The notes beneath the pieces are model-generated. The model saw only the letters and a list, made by a program, of their open reading frames with translations. It ran no database searches and was not told the origin of the DNA. DNA of 64,000 bases, taken from positions 4,712,001 to 4,776,000 of the forward strand of contig OX597837.1 of assembly GCA_951406725.2 (NCBI GenBank), given 5' to 3'. Positions 56,558-64,000 of this stretch are shown here, one piece after another. Every line of letters begins with the position of its first letter. Position 1 is the stretch's first letter. Position numbers and translations under genes: made by a program. Origin of the DNA: Octopus vulgaris (Eukaryota).

Positions 56558-57441
56558 ACTTTTTTCTATTCCTGAGCGTTATACTAATACATCTGTTTGT
56601 TTTGTACACAACCTGTCTTCGTCTTTTGTTTTTTTTTTTCGTAAACTCTCCTTATATATATATATACGACGGGCTTCTTTCAGTTTCTGTCGACCAAATC
56701 CACTCACAAGGCTTTTGTCGGCTCCAGGCTATAGCAGACAACACTTGCCCAAGGTGCCACGCAGTGAGATTGAACCTAGAATTATATTTGTCGAATTTTT
56801 TTTCTTTCTTTCTTTCTACTATAAGCACAAAGCTTGAAATTTGTGGGAAGGAAGCTAATTGATTACATCGACACTAATATACAACTGGTACTAACTTTAT
56901 CGGCCACAAGAGGATGAAAGGGTGGAATCTGAACGCAGAACGTAAAGCTGAAAGAACTGCCGATTAGCATTTTCATCCGGTACGCTAACGATTCCACCAC
57001 CTCGCAGCCTTCAGGTATGTTATATTCCTTTCTGCTATAGGCATAGGGCCTGAAATTTTAGGAGAAAGGGTTAGTTAATGTCATCACACACACCCCTGGT
57101 GCCCTCTCCCCCCTCCAGTGCTCAACTAATTTTATCCAGCTCCATAGGAAGAAAGGTAAAGTCTACCTTGGCGGGATTTATACACAGAACGCAAAGACAG
57201 ACGAAATACCTATTTCTTTACTACTCACAAGGGGCTAAACACAGAGGGAACAAACAAGGACAAACAAAGGGATTAAGTCGATTATATCGACCCCAGTGCG
57301 TAACTGGTACTTAATTTATCGACCCCGAAAGGATGAAAGGCAAAGTCGGCCTCGGCGGAATTTGTACTCAGAACGGAACGGTGGACAAAATACGGCTACG
57401 CATTTTGCTCGGCGTGCTAACGTTTCTGCCAGCTCGCCGCC

Positions 57442-57487
<46 letters not shown>

Positions 57488-57490
<3 letters not shown>

Positions 57491-58171
57491 GAAATATTAC
57501 AAGTAACTGCAGAATATGTGGAGATGGACAAGAAACAATAAATCATATTATCTCTAGCTGCCCAGTCTTGGCTAAGAAGGAATATATTCACAGACATGAC
57601 AGAGTTGGAACCTACATACATTGGAAGCTATGCCAACATTATGGAATAACAACAGAAAAAAGATGGTATAGGCACACACCAGAAAAGGTCACAGAAAACG
57701 AGAAAGCAACCATACTCTGGGATATGCCGATACACACAGATAGAGAAATTAAGGCCAACAGACAAGATATAGTTGTCAGAGATCATGAAGAAAAAAAATG
57801 CTTTCTAATTGATGTATCAATACCGGCAGATGACAACGTGTCTCTAAAAGAAATGGAGAAACTCTCAAAATACAAAGACCTGGAAATAGAGGTAACTAGA
57901 ATGTGGAACCTGAAAACAGAAACAATTCCTATCATAGTAGGCGCATTAGGCATGATAAAAAAATATTCAGACAAATACATAACAAAAACACCAGGACTTA
58001 CAAACACATATAACATACAGAAAATTGCACTACTAGGCACTGCACACATCCTACGCAGAACACTTTCCATACAATAACCATCAGAGCATCACAACAAATC
58101 ACAGCACATACCCAAGGCACACAGAGCTGCGCTCGGTAGTGAAGTGAAAGCACACTATAAAAATAAAACTA

Positions 58172-58174
<3 letters not shown>
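57488..58174 (+). mobile_element. 5'-truncated R4/Dong-clade non-LTR retrotransposon (CCHC knuckle, restriction-like endonuclease, 3' UTR)
   Basis: In-frame CRICGDGQETINHIISSC from 57508, then RHD, RQDIVV, LIDVSIP, EKLSKYKDL, PIIVGALG, QKIALLGTAHILRR; stop at 58075-77; (TAA)n on both sides. Confidence 0.92.
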
Positions 58175-58215
<41 letters not shown>

Positions 58216-58993
58216 CCCTTTCCACTAAAAGCACAAGGCCTGAAATTTGTGGGGAGGGGACTAGTCAATAACAGCGACTTCAGTATTTCACTATTACTTA
58301 ATTTATCGACCCCGAAAGGATGAAAGGCAAAGTCGACCTCAGTGGAATTTGAACTCAGAACGTAAAGACAGACGAAATACCTATTTCTTTACTACTCACA
58401 AGGGGCTAAACACAGAGAGAACAAGCGATTAAACGGATTAAGTCGATTACATCGACCCCCAGTGCGTAACTGGTACTTAATTTCTCGACCCCAAAAGGAT
58501 GAAGGGCAAAGTCGACCTCGGCGGAATTTGAACTCAGAACTTGACGGCAGATGAAATACGGCTACGCATTTCGCCCGGCGTGCTAACGTCTCTGCCAGCT
58601 CGCCGCCTTCATACTTTCATACTTGTATTTACCGTAATTTTATCAAGTAACCCGCAATAGTAAAGGTAGGGAGGTACCCAGACTTTTGGATATGAGTGGG
58701 TGTAGTCGTGAAAATCGACCTTCGGTTCTAAATATGTATTCCTTTCTATGGGCCTCTGATGAGAAAAAAGTAAATATTAGCATCGATGGAATTTGAACAC
58801 AGGACGAAAAGGATCGTTTTAATTTTATTTCGCTTCTGTATTTTGTTTTATAACCACGGCATATAAATGTATGTGCATGTATAGGTTTACACACACACAA
58901 TTACACATACACACACGGATCGCACGGACACACATACACACAACAGAGAAACATCTGCGTACCAACGTACTCACAAACGCACACACACACACT

Positions 58994-59028
<35 letters not shown>

Positions 59029-59066
59029 TTACATACTAATACACTCACATATATATATACATATAC

Positions 59067-59113
<47 letters not shown>

Positions 59114-59174
59114 TACACATATATACACACACGCATATACATATATATATATATATACACATGTACACACACAC

Positions 59175-59293
<119 letters not shown>

Positions 59294-59302
59294 GCATATA
59301 CA

Positions 59303-59376
<74 letters not shown>

Positions 59377-60156
59377 CGCATATACATATATGTATATATA
59401 TATAATATATATACATATACGTATATCTACACATCCATCCATCCATCCGTCCATCCATCCATCCATCCATACATACATACATACATACATACATACATAC
59501 ATACGCCAAATATAAGTTATTTTTTTCTTAGCCCTGTTTCTATGCTGTTGGGAGCAGGAAGAATTTAAATTTGCAACTGCTCACATCGTTCTACAAGTAA
59601 AGAGAACAAAAATATTTTTCCATATCCTTCGTGTACCGAAACGTAAAAAAAAAAAGTTTAAAATTTGCTCGTGGAACTGCGATGGACGAAAATAATTTGA
59701 AGGGAAATGAAGAGATACAAAGAAACTGCAAAGACTTGAGATGGAGAGAGTGATGATGTTGGCGATGGAAAGAAGCTGAGGGAGAGAAAGAAGCGGACTG
59801 AGTTATCGATCAGCATAATAGAGACGTATATTTGGGAGGTCACAGAGTCCGTAAACAACTTATCAATAACAATATATCGGTTTGTGTTTTTGTGTATGCA
59901 AGTTTATCCACCTTCATGTTTATGCATTCACACATATATTGAACGAATTGTTTTGAAAAAAAAAAAATTCAAATGCTGCTATGCATATATTCACACACAT
60001 ATATATACACACACATACACACACACATACACGTACACACATGTTACATGTATAACGCTAGGTCCGTGTATATTCAAGCACAAGTTCGCACACTCATGCA
60101 TACACACGCACAAACTCATAGATATATACATAAGGATATGTATGCGTATATGTATG

Positions 60157-60197
<41 letters not shown>

Positions 60198-60307
60198 GGA
60201 ATAGTTAAATAGATATATGCATATATATATACATATATATATGCATATATATATACATATATATATGCATATATGTATATGTATATATATACATATATAT
60301 ATATAGA

Positions 60308-60355
<48 letters not shown>

Positions 60356-62542
60356 TGTATGTATATATATATATGTATATATATATATGTATATATATAT
60401 GTATTTCTATGCATATATATATATGTTTATATATGCATATATATATATATACATATAGATATATGTATATATATGCATATATCTATCTATGTATATATAT
60501 GCACATATACATATATGTATATAAATGCATATATATACATAGATAGATAGATACATACATACATATATACGTACATAGATACAGACATTCACACACACAT
60601 ATATATGTATGTGGGGAGGGGTGAAATTTTATTTTAACAAGAACTGCAACAGAGATTATGCATCAACACAATTCTAAAAAACTTACTTCCAAAAAGTTCG
60701 TGTGGTGCTATGTTATTGTTTAAAGAGTTTATTTATATAATTAATAATTTTGGACTTAAGAAAATTACACTGCAAATTTTTGCAATTTTTTTTTCAAATA
60801 CACACACAAACACACACACACACACGTACATATATGTGTATGTATGTCTGTATGTGAGTGTATGTAGTTGTTAGTCAAAACCCAGTAAGTAATCGACTGT
60901 ATAGTGACGGTGTATAATCTACTCTAATGGCGATCGCAATAGCAAGCGATTCCCAAGTATCGGAGTTTCATGTAAAGTTTATATTATTAATGGTTCCCAC
61001 TCATCAGATGTAGGTACGCACGGAATGATTCGCAGTCGAAATCTGCCTAACAAAATGGCTGCTACGGAACTCCTTTCTTCCTATACGTATGTCTATACCT
61101 CTCTAGCTCGCTCTCAATCTCCTTTTGTTCCCTCTCCTTTCCTCCCGCTCTGAATCCTTTCTTTACTGTACACTTCTCTTCATACGTATTCTGTTCTTTC
61201 TGAATTTGGTTACCAAACTGACTTACTCCTATCAAGACAGATAACTTTTCTCGTTTTCTCTCCCAAGCATAGATTTAATCAGTTACGCCCATATTTACCG
61301 TATTTAACGACATGTAGGATACCCAAGGTACCACGCAGTGGGACTGAACCCGGAACCATGTGGTTGGGAAGCAAGCTTCTTATCACACAGCCACTCCTGC
61401 ACCCCTTTGAGTTTCGGATATATGATTTTACGAAGGGGAGGTTAAAAGCTATGTACTATCACGACCTACTTCGACTACTGCTATCCGTGACTCCAAACGT
61501 CCTCTACTGTCTCACAAGATGTGTCTCTCTTTGTAAGAATTCGATAAATCCATCTTAACATCCCATATGTGTGTTATCGTCTATCACTACCACATAAATA
61601 GTTGCAAGTTATCGATTGCTCTGCACAAACAAATCTATATTCAAACACTTTACTGTTATGAGCAGACGTGGATGTGCTTTTTTCTGAAACACATGGTTCC
61701 AGTTTCGGTCCTTCTGCGTGTCACCTTGGGAAAGTGTCTTCTATTATAGCCTTGGACCGACCAAAGCCTTGTGAGTGGATTTGGTAGACGGAAACTGAAA
61801 GAAACCCGTCGTATATGTATGTGTGTGTGTGTGTGTGTCCTCCACCACCGCTTGACAACCGGTGATGGTGTGTTTACGTCACCGTAACAAAGCGATTTTG
61901 CAAAAGAAGCCGATAGAATAATACTAGGATTAAAAACTAAATAGTAAATCCTAGGGTCGATTCATTCGACTAGAAATACTTTAAGGCGATGCCCCAGTAT
62001 GGCCGCAATCTAATGACTGAACCAAGTAAAAGATAAAAGATATTTTCGTTTTTGTACATCAACGCTCATGTTCGTTGGCTTTTCTATTGCTGAGCCTTCC
62101 CATTTTAAAAGAGAATGAGATGATTTTGAAGAACATCTGTGACTGCTAATCCTAGAACGACGAACGACAAGGTAAATACCCCATCGTTTGGCTGATTTGC
62201 ATATAATTATTCAAGTATGATATTATTTACGTATAATATTATTGCGATGTTAAAGTTTGACATCAGTTATGTGTTCAATTTGACATTAATCTGCTCTGCA
62301 CTATGCAATTCAATCAAGCATTAATATTCCAGCGTGAGAAATATGTAAATTATAAACGTAATCTAGATGTTCCTTGTGCAAATTCTTCATATCTGAAATC
62401 CGTGCAGTTTTCGAGTTTCTGCATTGCAAAAGTTTACCCTTCTCATATAAGCATTAAGATACGGGTATATCTATGACCGCAGCACATTTGAGCAAACGCT
62501 TGCTCCATCATAGCCAGAATAGGGATAAACATCCACTATACT

Positions 62543-62705
62543 TGCGCAGGAGTTGCTGTGTGGTAAGTAGCTTGCTTACCAACTACATGGTTCCGGGTTC
62601 AGTCCCGCTGCGTGGTACCTTGGGCAAGTGTCTTCTACTATAGTCTCGGGCCGACCAAAGCCTTGTGAGTGGATTTGGTAGACGGAAACTGAAAGAAGTC
62701 CGTCG

Positions 62706-62765
<60 letters not shown>

Positions 62766-62958
62766 TCCCCACAACATCGCTTGACAAGCGATGCTGGCGT
62801 GTTTATGTCCCCGTAACTTAGCGGTTCGGCAAAAGAGACCGATAGAATAAGTACTAGGCTTACAAAGAATAAGTCCTGGAGTCGATTTGCTCGATCGACT
62901 AAAGGCGATGCTCCAGCATGGCCACAGTCAAATGACTGAAACAAGTAAAAGAATAAAA
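62543..62958 (+). mobile_element. SINE family A copy, full length
   Basis: Complete head, body and tail. Confidence 0.88.
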
Positions 62959-63344
62959 GGGTATATATTTTTTTCATGAGGTAAAATATTTACAAAGCCA
63001 ATGGGTTTCTCTTTTGCTAATCATGACTAAGAAATTAATGACATTATTACAATTTCAATGTATCATAAGAAGTTTTTAGTCCATGCTAGGAACAGAAACG
63101 TTGTTTCGTAAATGAATCCGTAGCGAAATAAATCTAAGGGGAAGTAATTAGTGATTATATATACTGTGGTAAACGTTCCGAGAAATCGTCTCGCATTGAC
63201 GACAAACGTGTAAATGCAGAGATTAGATCGGTTAACGTAATTTTGTCAGCACCAGCGCAGAGTTTATTCATTGTCGACCATGAGCTAAACAGCAGCAGAT
63301 ACTACAACTACTACTACTTCTACTACTACTACTACTACTACTAC

Positions 63345-63375
<31 letters not shown>

Positions 63376-63376
63376 A

Positions 63377-63444
<68 letters not shown>

Positions 63445-63642
63445 CATTATTATTATTATTATCATCATTGTCTTTATTCTAACAATGATCGCATTAATTC
63501 TTTTTGTTTTCTTGTATAATATTTCCAGTGCTTGGAATTCTGTGATTCGTGCGATACACCGTTGATTCACAAATACTTCAAAACTCCATAGTCGTCGTTG
63601 GCACGCTATAGTAGTAGTAGTAGCAGTAGTAGTAGCAGCAGC

Positions 63643-63694
<52 letters not shown>

Positions 63695-64000
63695 ATAGTA
63701 GTAGTTGTTGTTGTTGTTGCTGCTGCTGTTGCTATATCTGTACATCATATGTAACAACGAAAAAGTAAGCCTTGTGTTTCCGACGTAAAAGGAAAACAAA
63801 AAAAGTCAAAAAATTTATCTGTCAGAGTTTGTCCTTCTTTTGCCAAACACAATAAAACTTCATAAGCCGCCATTTGTTTTGTTAATTTTCATCTTTTAAT
63901 CACTTTGTTGTTCTCGTTATCATCATCGTCCTCGTTGTTGTTGTAATTTTTGTTCTTGTGGTTGTTGTTGCTTTTGGTTTTAATTATCCTCCCCAGTCAA

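Overview
Gene-free, AT-rich, microsatellite-saturated eukaryotic DNA, most likely an octopus or other coleoid cephalopod (inferred from the SINE families, not from a search). There is one 100-N gap at 32143-32242. Nearly all listed ORFs are simple-repeat artefacts and no host exon is supported. The recognisable content is four tRNA-headed SINE families, a Dong/R4 LINE 3' end inside (TAA)n, a Tx1/L1-type LINE 3' end, a Penelope-like endonuclease remnant, Tc1 and mariner relics, a MITE and Helitron/Helentron-type elements. The main hidden signal is about 15 type I hammerhead-ribozyme motifs from about 7-8 distinct non-coding repeat families, all read by eye and none tested. They include two near-perfect head-to-tail arrays with one ribozyme per 491-nt or 493-nt unit (retrozyme or Penelope pseudo-LTR architecture), a family with a G3-C8 swapped core in a head-to-head inverted pair, and U4C and A6U core variants. 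Three of the families share an upstream hairpin motif at similar spacing from the core.
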